Origin: Octopus vulgaris
Lineage: Eukaryota
Assembly: GCA_951406725.2 (NCBI GenBank)
Contig: OX597828.1
Span: 47,058,001-47,122,000, forward strand
Length of the DNA stretch: 64,000 nt
Reading direction: 5' to 3'
In this document: positions 1 through 12,907 of the stretch, one piece after another
Layout: each line of letters starts with the position of its first letter
Position numbering within the stretch: position 1 is the first letter of the stretch
Notes under the pieces: generated by a model
The model's input: only the letters and a program-made list of their open reading frames with translations
What the model was told of the DNA's origin: nothing
The model's database searches: none
Made by a program: the position numbers and the translations under genes

Positions 1-22
1 AGTTGGGAGTAGGCGTGGCTAT

Positions 23-186
23 GGGCGCAGACATGGATGTTTGTAAGAAGTTTGCTTTCCAACCACATGGTTCCGGGTTCAGTCCCGCTGCAGGAAACCT
101 TGCACAAATGTCTTCTATTATAACCTCGGCAGGCCAAAACCGTCTAAGGGAATTTTGTAGACGGACACTGAAAGAAGCTCGTCGTA
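23..186 (+). mobile_element. Degenerate 5' half of tRNA-derived SINE family A
   Basis: Matches the head (caaccacatggttccgggttcagtccc...gtagacggacactgaaagaagc) of full copies at 7408, 15095, 41123 and 61174. Confidence 0.75.
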
Positions 187-187
187 C

Positions 188-440
188 ATATGTGTGTATG
201 TATGTATGTATGTATGTATGCATGTATGTATGCATGCATGTATGTATGTATGTATGTATATATGTATGTATGCATATATATATATATATATATACATGCA
301 TACATACATACATACATACATACATACATACATGCATGCATACATACATGCATACATGCATACATACATACATACATACATACATACATACATACATGCA
401 TACATACATTCATACATACATACATACATACATACATACA

Positions 441-476
<36 letters not shown>

Positions 477-480
477 TATA
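188..480. repeat. (TATG)n/(TA)n/(CATA)n compound microsatellite
   Basis: Direct reading. Confidence 0.95.
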
Positions 481-688
481 AAGTTAATCCAAACATGAAA
501 ACACAAAGAGAAAACACAACAACGCGAGAACGTGGAACAAATAGTATTATTGGACGCTCAGGAAAGAAGGAAAGAAGGAGAGTATAACGTTTCGAGCTGA
601 GCTCTTCGTCGGAAACATAGGAGAAGGAAAGATCCAGAGAAGGGAAGACAGAGGAAAAAATTCGCCAACGGTACACACGCGGTCACAT
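481..688 (-). mobile_element. Short (TA)n-inserted repeat (PLE pLTR-like family P1) with a minimal hammerhead-like motif at 582-616
   Basis: Homologous to 17291-17490 and 17768-17842. Minus strand reads GTTT-CCGACGA-A-GAGC tca GCTC-GAAA-CG-TT-ATAC. Confidence 0.6.
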
Positions 689-1093
689 ATATATATATAT
701 ATATGGTTTTCAACGGCAAACTTTGCTATAACGGTTTGACTCAGCCGTAAAAGAACTGGATACATTACCCCCGACGGCTTTCCTCAGTTTCCGTCTAAAC
801 CTGTTTCACTCACAAGGTTTGAGTTCATCTATGCTAGAAATCACTTAATTGCGAAGCTATCTTCTTAGTCACACAACCAGGAACGGCTTATGTTTGTATA
901 GAAAAGGGCCGAAAAAATATTGTTTTATAATTATGTTTTATCTTGAAGTTTCGTATCTGTATATTCTTTACCCCACATCATATCTCGTTCATTTCTTTCT
1001 AGAATCGTTTTCAAGCATGACCCGTTATTCCTCTATATAAACTTATAAATAGAATTGGTAGAGTATGGAATATAATATCTTGCAGTAATTGTC

Positions 1094-1430
1094 AGGCAGC
1101 GAGCTGGCAGAAACGTTAACACGCCGGGCGAAATGCGTAGCCGTATTTCGTCTGCCGTTACGTTCTGAGTTCAAATTCAGCCGAGGTCGACTTTGCCGTT
1201 CATCCTTTCGGGGTCGATAAATTAAGAACCAGCTACGCACTGGGGCGATGTAATCGACTTAATCCCTTTGTCTGTCCTTGTTTGTCCCTTCTATGTTTAG
1301 CCCTTTGTGGACAATAAAGAAATAAGAATCGTTAGCACAACTGGAAAATACTTAGCAGCATTTCGTTTGTCTTTACGTTCTGAGTTCAAATTACACCGAT
1401 CGACTTTACCTTTCATCCTTTTCAAGGTCG
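1094..1430 (+). mobile_element. SINE family B (ggcgagctggcagaa...gaggtcgactttgcctttcatcctttcggggtcgat...) plus a partial second copy
   Basis: Multi-copy in the window; B-box-like gagttcaaattc. Confidence 0.85.
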
Positions 1431-1819
1431 ACCCCGACATTGCTGGATTTGTTTCAAGGTTTGAAACTGATATTAAAGCCTGCTTGATTAGGGTTGGAAT
1501 GACTATGTCTGAATATCAATAAGAAGAACAACAGGGTTACATTAGTGTTGTAAAATAAGGTATAAATACAAACATGATCACCTAAAAACTTAAACGAATA
1601 TAGAATCTATGAGTCAAAGAGGAAAGCCACGTGGCCGATGGACGCGCTAGAACCAGCAGCCAAAATCCCTGTCAAAATCCTTATCGCCGTCGTGTTGGAG
1701 ATATGATGTGACCATAGGGATAGACTACAATGACAACAACAGTGACAACGACAAAGCCAATACAACAAGCAAACCACACCAACTAGAACCACAAGATTTT
1801 AGAAAGATTATCAGCGAGG

Positions 1820-2058
1820 TGTGGAGGCGCGTGGCTTAGTGGTTAGGGTGTCAGCATCATGATCGTATGATTGTGGCTTCGGTTCCTGGACCGGGCGACG
1901 CGTTGTGTTCTTAAGCAAAACACTTCATTTCACGTTGCTCCAGTCCACTCAGCTGGCAAAAATGAGTAGCGCTGCGATGGACTGGCGTCCCGTCCAGCTG
2001 GGGAACACATACCGAGAAACCGGGCCCATGAGCATGGTTAGGCTTTAAAAGGGCGCAC
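1820..2058 (+). mobile_element. tRNA-derived SINE, head D with CORE-like centre and tail X
   Basis: A box tggcttagtgg, B-box-like ggcttcggttcc; centre cacttcatttcacgttgctccagtccactcagctggcaaaaatgag shared with 23350-23675. Confidence 0.8.
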
Positions 2059-2335
2059 TGGTGGAGGCGCAATGGCCCGGTGATTAGGGCAGACCGGGCG
2101 TTGTATGTGTTTATTGAGCGAAAATACCTACAGCTCCGGCAGCGGCTGGGGTGGCGACCCCTGTTGTACTCTTTCGCCTCAACTTTCTCTCACTCTCTCT
2201 TCCTGTTTTTTTTTTTAGTAACGCTGCGATGGACTGGCGTCACGTCCAGCTAAGGAGAAGACATTCGCCACAGAAACCGGGAAACCGGGCCCATGAGCCT
2301 GGCAAGGCTTGAAAAGGGCGCATAAATAAATAAAA
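2059..2335 (+). mobile_element. tRNA-derived SINE, head/body C with tail X
   Basis: Head ggaggcgcaatggccc shared with 57768; tail gctgcgatggactggcgtc...gaaaccgggcccatgagc shared with the adjacent copy. Confidence 0.8.
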
Positions 2336-2666
2336 AAATACATATCAGCGAGGTGCCGTTCTTCAATAGGTGCCACTCATCCCTAGCTGGGTGGACAAGA
2401 GTAAGGCGAAAAAAGTGCCAACCCAAATACACAAAGTGCCACCCTGGTCCTGGAACATGATCAATGTCCTTACGTTCATGAGTTGAACAAGGTTACCATT
2501 AAGATGCGCACCTTAAAAAAAAAACGCCCAAACGCCCTAAATAGAGGACGATACATAGGACTCTGTAGTACACTGATAAACAAAATTATACGCTGGTCTC
2601 AGAGCTGGAACACATTCGATCAAAAGTAGGTGTGTTAGTTCAGGCCTGTGACCGTAGAAATAGACG

Positions 2667-2700
<34 letters not shown>

Positions 2701-2939
2701 AGCCAATACAACAAGCAAACCGCACCAAATTCAGTAATATAACAAGAGTTTTCTTTATTTTGTCAAAGAAAGAAAAGGGGAAAAAATGCTTCATGTACAG
2801 CTAGAATTGGAGGCTTATTTGTCTCTTAATTATAGACTAAGCATTTCACTAGTGAAATTGGATTTATGGATTTTCACCTGAACTGTCATTAGAACGATTT
2901 AATTAGAGAGTGAGCCAGGCTTCACCTCACCGATTTTCT

Positions 2940-2943
<4 letters not shown>

Positions 2944-3027
<84 letters not shown>

Positions 3028-3370
3028 GCTTTCTGGCTATCTATCTGCCTATGTATCTAACTGTGTAGCCGTGTATTCACCTATCAACCTATCTATTTAT
3101 TTATCTACATACATATATATATATATATATGTGTGTGTGTGTATGTGTGTGAAAGAGAGAGAGAAAGAGAGAATGTGTGTATATGTAAATTTATATTTTA
3201 CATAGCTATCTGTTTATCTGTCTCTGTAGATATATACCTAAACGCGTCAATGTATATTATATGTCTATATTATAAAGGAATATAATGATAGATAGATACA
3301 CAGAAAGATATAATGATAGATAGATACACAGAAAGATATATAGATAGATAGAGTGATAGATAGATAGAGT

Positions 3371-3441
<71 letters not shown>

Positions 3442-3446
3442 GGATG

Positions 3447-3529
<83 letters not shown>

Positions 3530-3546
3530 GGATAGATAGATAGAGT

Positions 3547-3640
<94 letters not shown>

Positions 3641-3643
3641 AAT

Positions 3644-3727
<84 letters not shown>
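2944..3727. repeat. (TATC)n and (GATA)n microsatellite blocks
   Basis: Direct reading. Confidence 0.95.
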
Positions 3728-3779
3728 CCTTCATGGTGGGCATTGGCAAGGAAGCGAAATAGATATGTAGGTGGATAGA

Positions 3780-3780
3780 T

Positions 3781-3815
<35 letters not shown>

Positions 3816-3996
3816 TGTGTGTTGATATCTTTGTGTTTATGTGTATATGTGTGTGCGCGCGCCCGTGTGTGTGTATCTGTGTTTGTGTGTCTGTATGTGT
3901 GCGTATAATTAGATAGAAGGCGTTGGATCATCTAACCGAATTTTTAGACAATATGCATGTGTGTGTCCGTACACACGCACACACACACACACACAT

Positions 3997-4095
<99 letters not shown>

Positions 4096-4633
4096 GAGAG
4101 AGAAGGAGAGAGAAACAGACAGATAGAGAGACAGATAGAGAGACAGATACATACATATGTATATACATACATACATACATACATACATACATACATACAT
4201 ACATACATAAATACATACATACATACATACATACATACATACATACATAAATACATACATACATACATACATACATACATACATACATACATACATACAT
4301 ACATACATACATACATACATAAATACATACATAAATACATACATACATACATATGTATATACATACATACATACATACATACATACATACATACATAAAT
4401 ACATACATACATACATTACATACATAAATACATACATACATACATACATACATACATAAATACATACATACATACATACATACATACATACATACATACA
4501 TTCATACATACATACATACATACATACATACATAAATACATACATACATACATTACATACATAAATACATATATACATACATACATAAATACATACATAC
4601 ATACATACATACATACATACATACATACATACA

Positions 4634-4665
<32 letters not shown>

Positions 4666-4860
4666 ATACATACATACATACATACATACATACATACATA
4701 CATACATACATACATACATACATAACATACACATACATACATACATACATACATACATACATACATACATACATACATACATACATACATACATACATAC
4801 ATACATACATAATACATACATACATACATACATACATACATACATACATACATACATACA

Positions 4861-4891
<31 letters not shown>

Positions 4892-5206
4892 CATACATAC
4901 ATACATACATACATACATACATACATACATACATACATACATACATACATACATACATACATACATAAATACATACATACATACATACATACATACATAC
5001 ATACATACATACATACATACATACATACATACATACATACATAAATACATACATACATACATTACATACATAAATACATATATACATACATACATAAATA
5101 CATACATACATACATACATACATACATACATACATACATACATACATAAATACATACATACATACATACATACATACATACATACATACATACATACATA
5201 CATACA

Positions 5207-5237
<31 letters not shown>

Positions 5238-5376
5238 AATACATACATACATACATACATACATACATACATACATACATACATACATACATACATACAT
5301 ACATACATACATACATACATACATACATACATACATACATACATACATACATACATCACATACATACATACATACA

Positions 5377-5407
<31 letters not shown>

Positions 5408-5507
5408 CATACATACATTACATACATACATACATACATAAATACATACATACATACATACATACATACATACATACATACATACATTACATACATACAT
5501 ACATACA

Positions 5508-5538
<31 letters not shown>

Positions 5539-6008
5539 CATACATACATACATACATACATACATACATACATACATACATACATGCATACCTGAATACA
5601 TACATACATATATTGATGTAGGCATTACATACATATACGGACACGATATATATACTTACACACCCATGACTCTACGGTTTTACTTTTCTTTTGTTTAGCG
5701 TGAGTATATATATTTACGTAGGTGTGTGAGGGTGTGTGAGTGCGTGCGTGTGCGTGTGTGTGTATGTGTGTGTGTGTGTGTGTGTGCACATATGCATATA
5801 ATTATATATTTATATGCGTATGCGTATATAGACATGAATTTATTTATTTGTATGTATATATATATATGTATATATATTTGTGTGTATATATATATATGTA
5901 TGTATATGTGTTTGTGTGTATGAGTATGTGTGCATATATATATATATATATATGTGTGTGTGTATGTATGTATATATATCTATATGGATGGATGCATATA
6001 TATATATG

Positions 6009-6059
<51 letters not shown>

Positions 6060-6115
6060 AATGTTTCTTTTTATGTTCAGATATACTAAAAACAATTTCA
6101 TATGAACCTGGTGGG

Positions 6116-6190
<75 letters not shown>

Positions 6191-6205
6191 TACATATATA
6201 CATGC

Positions 6206-6242
<37 letters not shown>

Positions 6243-6300
6243 TGTCTTTGTACGTACTTGCATGTGATTGTATGCGTGCATGAGTGCGCGCACGTGTGTC
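3780..6300. repeat. Compound microsatellite field including an ~1.45 kb (TACA)n array (4146-5600)
   Basis: Direct reading. Confidence 0.95.
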
Positions 6301-6451
6301 TATATATGTGAGGGTGTCTGAGTCTGTGCGTGCGTATGCCGCCACAACATAACGATTAATTAAATTATAATTCCTGCTGTGCACTTTTCTGCTAGTATGT
6401 AAGCTCAAACTCAAGCATACACACACACACACACGTGCGCGCGCGCATATA

Positions 6452-6660
6452 TATGGCCTAGTGGTTAGGGCAGCGGACTTGCGGTCGGAGGATCGCGGTT
6501 TCGATTCCCAGACCGGGCGTTGTGTGTGTTTATTGAGCGAAAAAAACACCTAAAAGCTCCACAAGGCTCCGGCAGGAGGTGGTGATCCCTGCTGTACTCT
6601 TTCACCACTCTAAAGGCGGTGCTCCAGCATGGCCGCAGTCAAATGCCTGAAACAAGTACA
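6452..6660 (+). mobile_element. Chimeric SINE: head/body C fused to the 3' tail of family A
   Basis: tggcctagtggttagggcagcggac...ctgtactctttcaccac followed directly by taaaggcggtgctccagcatggccgcagtcaaatg. Confidence 0.75.
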
Positions 6661-6712
<52 letters not shown>

Positions 6713-6772
6713 TATATTTGTGTGTTTGTAATAACTATTTGGGGGAATATATATATATATATATATAATATA

Positions 6773-6824
<52 letters not shown>

Positions 6825-6886
6825 TTAGGGAGTAAATCCAAATTCACAGGAGAAAATTAGATTTAAGATTAAATCAAATTTCAATA

Positions 6887-6960
<74 letters not shown>

Positions 6961-7020
6961 CGAATAAGAAGAAAATGAAAAGGTAATTAATAAAATTATT
7001 TAATTATAAAATATGACACC

Positions 7021-7108
7021 ATCTCTGACAGCTGTTTCGATTCAGAAGTCTTTAGGTAATTAATTTATACGATTAAAATCATTATAAGATGAATTTCTTC
7101 AGCGGTAT
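7021..7108 (-). ncRNA. Degenerate type-I hammerhead ribozyme in a PLE-like fragment (~6825-7400)
   Basis: Minus strand: CTGAAGA-AATTC...GAATC-GAAA-CAGCTG-TC. Palindromic stem III and GUC site present; stem I poorly paired. Confidence 0.55.
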
Positions 7109-7407
7109 TAAAGATCTACCGATTAGAAATTCATATTGAGACAACGGCTGTAAAACCGTTAACTGATAGCCTATATACAGAAAGAGTTGATTACAGAGGG
7201 ACTCAATTTAACACAGGGGGAGAAGGTAGTATATATTATATGTCTTAAGAGATTAATATAATATCATAAGGTATTGAGAAAAAGAAAAAAAAAGGGAAAA
7301 TGGGAACAGAAAAACACATGTATTTATAGATTTTTACAATTATTTCACAATCCAACATAGGGCGAGTAGGTTGTGTATATTTTGTGTCTTAAATAAAAAG
7401 AAAAGAA

Positions 7408-7576
7408 CGCAAGAGTGGCTGTGTGGTAAGTAGCTTGCTAACCAACCACATGGTTCCGGGTTCAGTCCCACTGCGTGGCATCTTGGGCAAGTGTCTTCTG
7501 CTATAGCCCCGGGCCGACCAATGCCTTGTGAGTGGATTTGGTAGACGGAAACTGAAAGAAACCTGTCGTATATATG

Positions 7577-7638
<62 letters not shown>

Positions 7639-7809
7639 TGTGTTTACGTCCCTGTCACTTAGCGGTTCGGCAAAACAGACCGATAGAATAAGTACTGGGC
7701 TTACAAAGAAATAAGTCCCGAGGTCGATTTGCTCGACTAAAGGCGGTGCTCCAGCATGGCCGCAGTCAAAATGACTGAAACAAGTAAAAGAGTAAAAGAG
7801 TAAAGAGTA
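7408..7809 (+). mobile_element. SINE family A, full length with internal (TA)(TG) microsatellite and (GTAAAAGA)n tail
   Basis: Near-identical to other A copies. Confidence 0.9.
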
Positions 7810-7990
7810 CTAATATAATATCAAAGGGTTTAGAGAAGTACGAAAAGAAAAAGGAGGAAAAGAAGCAGATAAACGCATGTCTGTATAAATATATAGTAAC
7901 GCCATATAATATCGTGCTTATCTACAATACTACAATACAATTTCCATTGTATTTATGATACCTTAATGAGGTTTATTACCTTTACTTGAT

Positions 7991-8050
<60 letters not shown>

Positions 8051-8407
8051 AGTTATATTTGTCTCATTTTGTCTAAAGTCGTAAGACACCTGCTGTTATC
8101 CTGTTATTAACCATTCTTGTTTTTATTTTTGTTTTCGTTTTTTGTATTTATATTCGTCCCTGTTGCGTTTACATTCGTTCCTTTTTCCAAGAAATCTAAT
8201 GCCCACAGCTTAGTTTTTCCTTGGGGCTGGCCGCGTTGGAGCAAATATCAGAATTAATCAGCCTAAATTTGCTATGGTGATCCGGTTTCTGACTGAAAAT
8301 TAAAAGCTTCGAATGACCCGTCTGTTTTCTGTGTTCGTCCCTTTGTGTATTTCACGTTCTTGTTTCTTTATATATAATTTTTATTCCTATATATATATAT
8401 ATATATA

Positions 8408-8643
8408 TCACCGTCACTGACCAGGCTATCAGGCGTTGCTACACATCGCTGGTCACAATGCGCTTCGCATTGTTTTAGCCTTCAAATGACGCCAACCCGC
8501 TGGCTAAGTGAGCAGGCCAGCAGAAGAAAGAGTGAGAGAAAGTTGTGGCAAAAGAGTAGAGCAGGGTTCGCCACCCACCCCCTGTCGGAGCCTCGCGGAG
8601 CTTAAGGTGCTTTCGCTCAATAAACACTCACAACGCCCGGTCT
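8408..8643 (-). mobile_element. SINE body C with tail Y
   Basis: Reverse complement matches 17495-17700. Confidence 0.8.
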
Positions 8644-8660
8644 TTATATATATATATATA

Positions 8661-8815
8661 TAATGGCCCAGTGGTTAGGGCAGCGGACTCGTGGTTGTAG
8701 GGACGCGGTTTCGATTCCCAGACCGGAATGGCGTCATTTGAAGGCTAAAACAATGCGAAGCGCATTGTGACCAGCGATGTGTAGGAACACCTGATAGCCT
8801 GGTAAGTCACGGTGA
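8661..8815 (+). mobile_element. SINE head C joined directly to tail Y (internal deletion)
   Basis: atggcccagtggttagggcagcggactc...cccagaccgg then tggcgtcatttgaaggctaaaacaatgcg. Confidence 0.75.
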
Positions 8816-8839
8816 TATATATATATATATATATATAAT

Positions 8840-8879
<40 letters not shown>

Positions 8880-8974
8880 TAAGCTTCAATTGAATAAGGC
8901 ACTTCTGTGTTGAGGCACCGGAGTGGGTCAAGATTAAAACGCATGCACAGTAGCTCTAGATGAATTCAAACATT

Positions 8975-9235
8975 GGGTATTGTTCACAACAGAACATGTG
9001 CAACCTGTAGAAAGGTATCTTTCAGTTGAAGGAGTGAAAAGGCATGTCAAAAGATTTCATATTGTGGGACCTGTCCACTGTGCCAGCCACCACATCTGTC
9101 CATTATGCAATAGATTGTGCAAATCTTTGGCCGAGCTCAAGAGTCATACAAGTGCCTCACATTGCATCATCGATGACTCATTTCAATGATTCTTTCTAGC
9201 AATGGCTTTGCTTGTATGCGAGAAAGCAGCCACGA
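8975..9235 (+). mobile_element. Probable RTE-type LINE 3' end encoding decayed C2H2 fingers
   Basis: Translates TCATCRKV/LSVEGVKRH and HICPLCNRLCKSLAELKSH, then a short UTR ending at (TA)n. Confidence 0.5.
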
Positions 9236-10028
9236 TATATATATTATATATGAAGATTCATTTGAACAAGGCACTTAAATGGTAAGGCTCCGGGTCAAAA
9301 TATACATGCTTACAGAGTAAGTATAGACGAAAAGAACCACATGTACCGAAAATCAGGCAGAAAGACATTAATGTTGACCAGCGTGGATTTAAAATGATTT
9401 TAAATATCTATAACAGTATAGTTCGTGTATTCATCAGAAGAAAACGGTTTTTTATAATGATATAACGCACTCATTAATCAATTTTAAAAAATCATTGGAA
9501 ACAGATGTAATGAAATGACACCTATCCATCGTTATATATATAAGCTCGTTCTCCTAGCGTTCATAATAATTTTTCTATCGTCTTGGCTTAACAGTCCTCA
9601 CCGTTTGTTTTTACTGTTTTGTTCTCACTGTCCTGTTCTTGTTACCACTTTCACCCTCCGCAAAAAAAATTCCCAAATTTTATTCAATTTGCTTTGCGGG
9701 AAGGATTGTTTCAACGAAGTCGCGTACTGTCCTTCCCTTCGAACGCGGAGTATATGAAACAGGGACAACTGATGAAGGGGAATATTCTTTATGTTGTATG
9801 TCTCGTTTCTTTGTTTGTTTGTTTTTTTTTTCGTTGTCCGAAAAAGAAAAAAGTTTTCTATCTTTTTCTTTTATGTTTTCGTTTCTCATTGTGTTCAACA
9901 CTGTTTTTAATGTCCTGTACCCATATATGCTTGTATATATACATATATATGTAGGTATGTACATATAGGTATGTATATATGCATATATTTATATTATATA
10001 TATAGAGAGAAAGAGATAGAGAGAGATG

Positions 10029-10067
<39 letters not shown>

Positions 10068-10099
10068 GTATATACATATATAATTGTGTGTGTGTGTGC

Positions 10100-10130
<31 letters not shown>

Positions 10131-10428
10131 TATATATATATGTATTCTTATATATATGTGTGTTTTTGTGTGTGTGTGTATGTAAACAGGAAGGGAGAGA
10201 ATGAGAGGGGAGTTGTATAAACATGAAAAACAGATTCCCGATGTTTAAGATCTCAATATTAAATGATCGTAAAACTCCTCAACGTTATTAGATTGCAATA
10301 AATTCAAGTGGAAGCAACTTACATGTATATACATGATCGACTAACACGATCTTTTCGAGTAACATATGTAGAATACAAAGCAGAATATATACATAAGCAT
10401 ATGTATGCACACACACACACATACATAC

Positions 10429-10499
<71 letters not shown>

Positions 10500-10618
10500 T
10501 ATATAAAACTTAGATATAAAACTTAGATATGTTTCGACCAGAGATTGGTCCAGGCCATGTCTAACTTAATAGCACCACCTGATAGGATTATTCGAATCCT
10601 GTTTAAGTCAAGTTTTGT

Positions 10619-12907
10619 TCAAGTAGTGAGTTCTTGTTGGGTGAGTTGTATCCAGTTTTGTTCAAGTAGTGAGTTCTTGTTGGGTGAGTTGTATCCAATT
10701 ATGGGTGGCTTGTCTGGTATTCTTTGAAGGAATCTATCCAGACTCTGTTTGAAGTTGATGGGATCCTTTTCCTCTTTGATCTCCCTCGGGACAATGTTAA
10801 ATAGGGCAGGGCCTGTTGAGGAAAAGAAATTATGTTGCAGTGTACATGTATGTTGTGATCTGGAATTTGGCAGGGGACGTATAGCCCGTGGTCCAAGTCT
10901 CGGATGAACCTTGAAACTAATGTTTAGGTCGTTTGGGCAAAGTTGGCGGTATATTTTCCACATCGTACAAATGATGTACCGCTCACGGCGACGCTGGAGG
11001 GAGTAAAGTTTCAAGGCTTTAAGGCGATCCCAATAGTCGAGAGCAGCCATGCCTTCAATTTGTTTAGTGAGAGCCCTCTGGGGTGACTCAATTCTGGAGA
11101 TGTTTTGTCTTGTGTGAGGAGACCACAGTGGGCAGCAGTATTCAAGGTGTGGCCGTACAAAGGATGAAAAAAGTGGTATGATGACACCTTGTTCTCTGGA
11201 CCGGAAAGTTCTTAAGATCCAGGAACTCATCCTACGAGCTGTATCGACCTTCTTGTTGATGTGTGCACTCCAACTGAGATCGTCATCAACAATTACACCC
11301 AGGTCTCTGATATTGTTAGAGGCTGTGAGCGGTTCCCCTGAAGGAAGAGAGTATGGTTGTTTTAGTGAGGAATTTCTTCCAAAATGCATCAGCTCAAATT
11401 TTCCCTCATTCAGTTGCATTTTGTTTCTGTCTGCCCATTGACTCACAGCATATAGGTCAGACTGGAGTTGAGTTCGGTCTGCTTCTTCATTGACGATTTG
11501 CTGGAGCTTAGTGTCATCAGCGAATATTTTCACTTTGCAGTGATGTACGACACTGGAAAGGTCGTTTACATAAATTATGAAGAGTAGCGGACCTAAAACA
11601 GTTCCCTGGGGAACACCGCTGGTGACTTTTGCTGGGTTTGAGTGGACTCCATCAACTACAACATGTTGTGTTCTATTCGCTAGGAAATACTGAATCCAGT
11701 GTAGAACTTTTCCACGGATTCCAACATTTGCCAATTTTGAGAGTAGGATGTTATGGTCTACCCTGTCGAACGCTTTACTGAAGTCAAGGTATATGACGTC
11801 AGAGTTCGAACCTGTTCCCAAGGCTTTGAGTACATCTTCAATGTGGTGTAAGAGCTGTGTTAGACAGTCCCTGCCACAGCGAAAGCCATGTTGATTTGAA
11901 TTTAGGAGTTTGTGGGTCTCCAGGAAGTCAGCTATCCTTGATCTTAACACTCTTTCAAACACTTTAATGATGTGGGAGGTGAGTGAGATTGGGCGATAGT
12001 TGACTGCGAGGGATCTGTTTCCCTGTTTGAAAACCGGGATGACCGACTGGGATAGAAACTTATTCGGTATATAACCTGCGTCTAACGAGTTTCTCCAGAG
12101 GTTGGTCAGAGGGACTGCAAGTTGATATCTACATTCCTTCAGGAGACTGGCGGGAAATCTATCAGGGCCTACAGCGGAGTAATGTTTGACCTCATTTATT
12201 GCTGCTACGATGTCGGTGGCAGTGAAGGTTATGTCTGCGATTTTGTGTTGGGAGTCAGCTTCGTTCGTTTCCCTCACATCAATATCAGTGGGAACACTGA
12301 AGACAGAGCAATATTGTTTCTGCAGTATTTCTGCCATTTCTTTAGCATCGTGTTGGGGAATGCCGTTTTCATCAATCAATGGCCCAATAGGTGAGACAGT
12401 GGTTCTATGCTTATTTGCATAAGAATAGAACACTTTTGGGTTCTGTTTGATGTTTTTGATTACCCATTGTTCCTCCACAGCTCTTTGATTTTCAATGGAG
12501 GTTTTCATGTTAGTCTGCAGATGAAGTTTTTCCAGCTCTAGTCTTTTCATTGTTGTTGAATGTGGATGTTGCGTGTGGGAATATTTTAATTGGTTGATTT
12601 TTTTGTTGAGTCTTTTGATGCGCCTGATGAGTGTTTTTTTCTTTTTAGGGAGCCGGTTTCTGTTTGTGTTAGTAGATTTCTTGGGAGCGTGTTTAGAGCA
12701 TGTGTCGGTGACAATGGTTTCAAAGTGCTGCCACGCGGTCTCAATATGAGGGGAATTGAGAGTAAAAGACCAGTCGATGGAAGACAGATCCTTTCTGATT
12801 GTTCCCCAGTCCGCTTTGTGGAAATTTATGTTGTCAAATGGGTGCCATGGAGTGGGATTGGCTGGTTTGGTTTTTATACGTCGGGAATTAAGATTGCAGA
12901 GTACCAT
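10619..12907 (-). CDS. LINE ORF2 reverse transcriptase portion (frameshifted from the endonuclease portion)
   Basis: NYRPISLTS, QHGFR, YLDFSKAFDRV, GVPQGTVLGPLLF, FADD, RPHLEYC motifs. Confidence 0.92.
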   Translation of the reverse strand: MVLCNLNSRRIKTKPANPTPWHPFDNINFHKADWGTIRKDLSSIDWSFTLNSPHIETAWQHFETIVTDTCSKHAPKKSTNTNRNRLPKKKKTLIRRIKRLNKKINQLKYSHTQHPHSTTMKRLELEKLHLQTNMKTSIENQRAVEEQWVIKNIKQNPKVFYSYANKHRTTVSPIGPLIDENGIPQHDAKEMAEILQKQYCSVFSVPTDIDVRETNEADSQHKIADITFTATDIVAAINEVKHYSAVGPDRFPASLLKECRYQLAVPLTNLWRNSLDAGYIPNKFLSQSVIPVFKQGNRSLAVNYRPISLTSHIIKVFERVLRSRIADFLETHKLLNSNQHGFRCGRDCLTQLLHHIEDVLKALGTGSNSDVIYLDFSKAFDRVDHNILLSKLANVGIRGKVLHWIQYFLANRTQHVVVDGVHSNPAKVTSGVPQGTVLGPLLFIIYVNDLSSVVHHCKVKIFADDTKLQQIVNEEADRTQLQSDLYAVSQWADRNKMQLNEGKFELMHFGRNSSLKQPYSLPSGEPLTASNNIRDLGVIVDDDLSWSAHINKKVDTARRMSSWILRTFRSREQGVIIPLFSSFVRPHLEYCCPLWSPHTRQNISRIESPQRALTKQIEGMAALDYWDRLKALKLYSLQRRRERYIICTMWKIYRQLCPNDLNISFKVHPRLGPRAIRPLPNSRSQHTCTLQHNFFSSTGPALFNIVPREIKEEKDPINFKQSLDRFLQRIPDKPPIIGYNSPNKNSLLEQNWIQLTQQELTT

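Noticed and set aside
3-6311. Long ORFs of MYVC, HTYI, IYLS and YI repeats here and throughout the window
   Set aside because: Translations of microsatellites that lack stop codons; no protein-like complexity
9760-9845. GGACAA-CTGATGA-AGGGGAATATTCTTT...TTGTCC hammerhead-like start (similar motif at ~49505)
   Set aside because: No GAAA or UH in the required positions, so not called a ribozyme; may be a decayed relative
10525-10560. LINE 3' hairpin gacc-aatctct-ggtc followed by GAAAC resembles half a hammerhead
   Set aside because: No CUGANGA core; better explained as the LINE 3' recognition stem-loop
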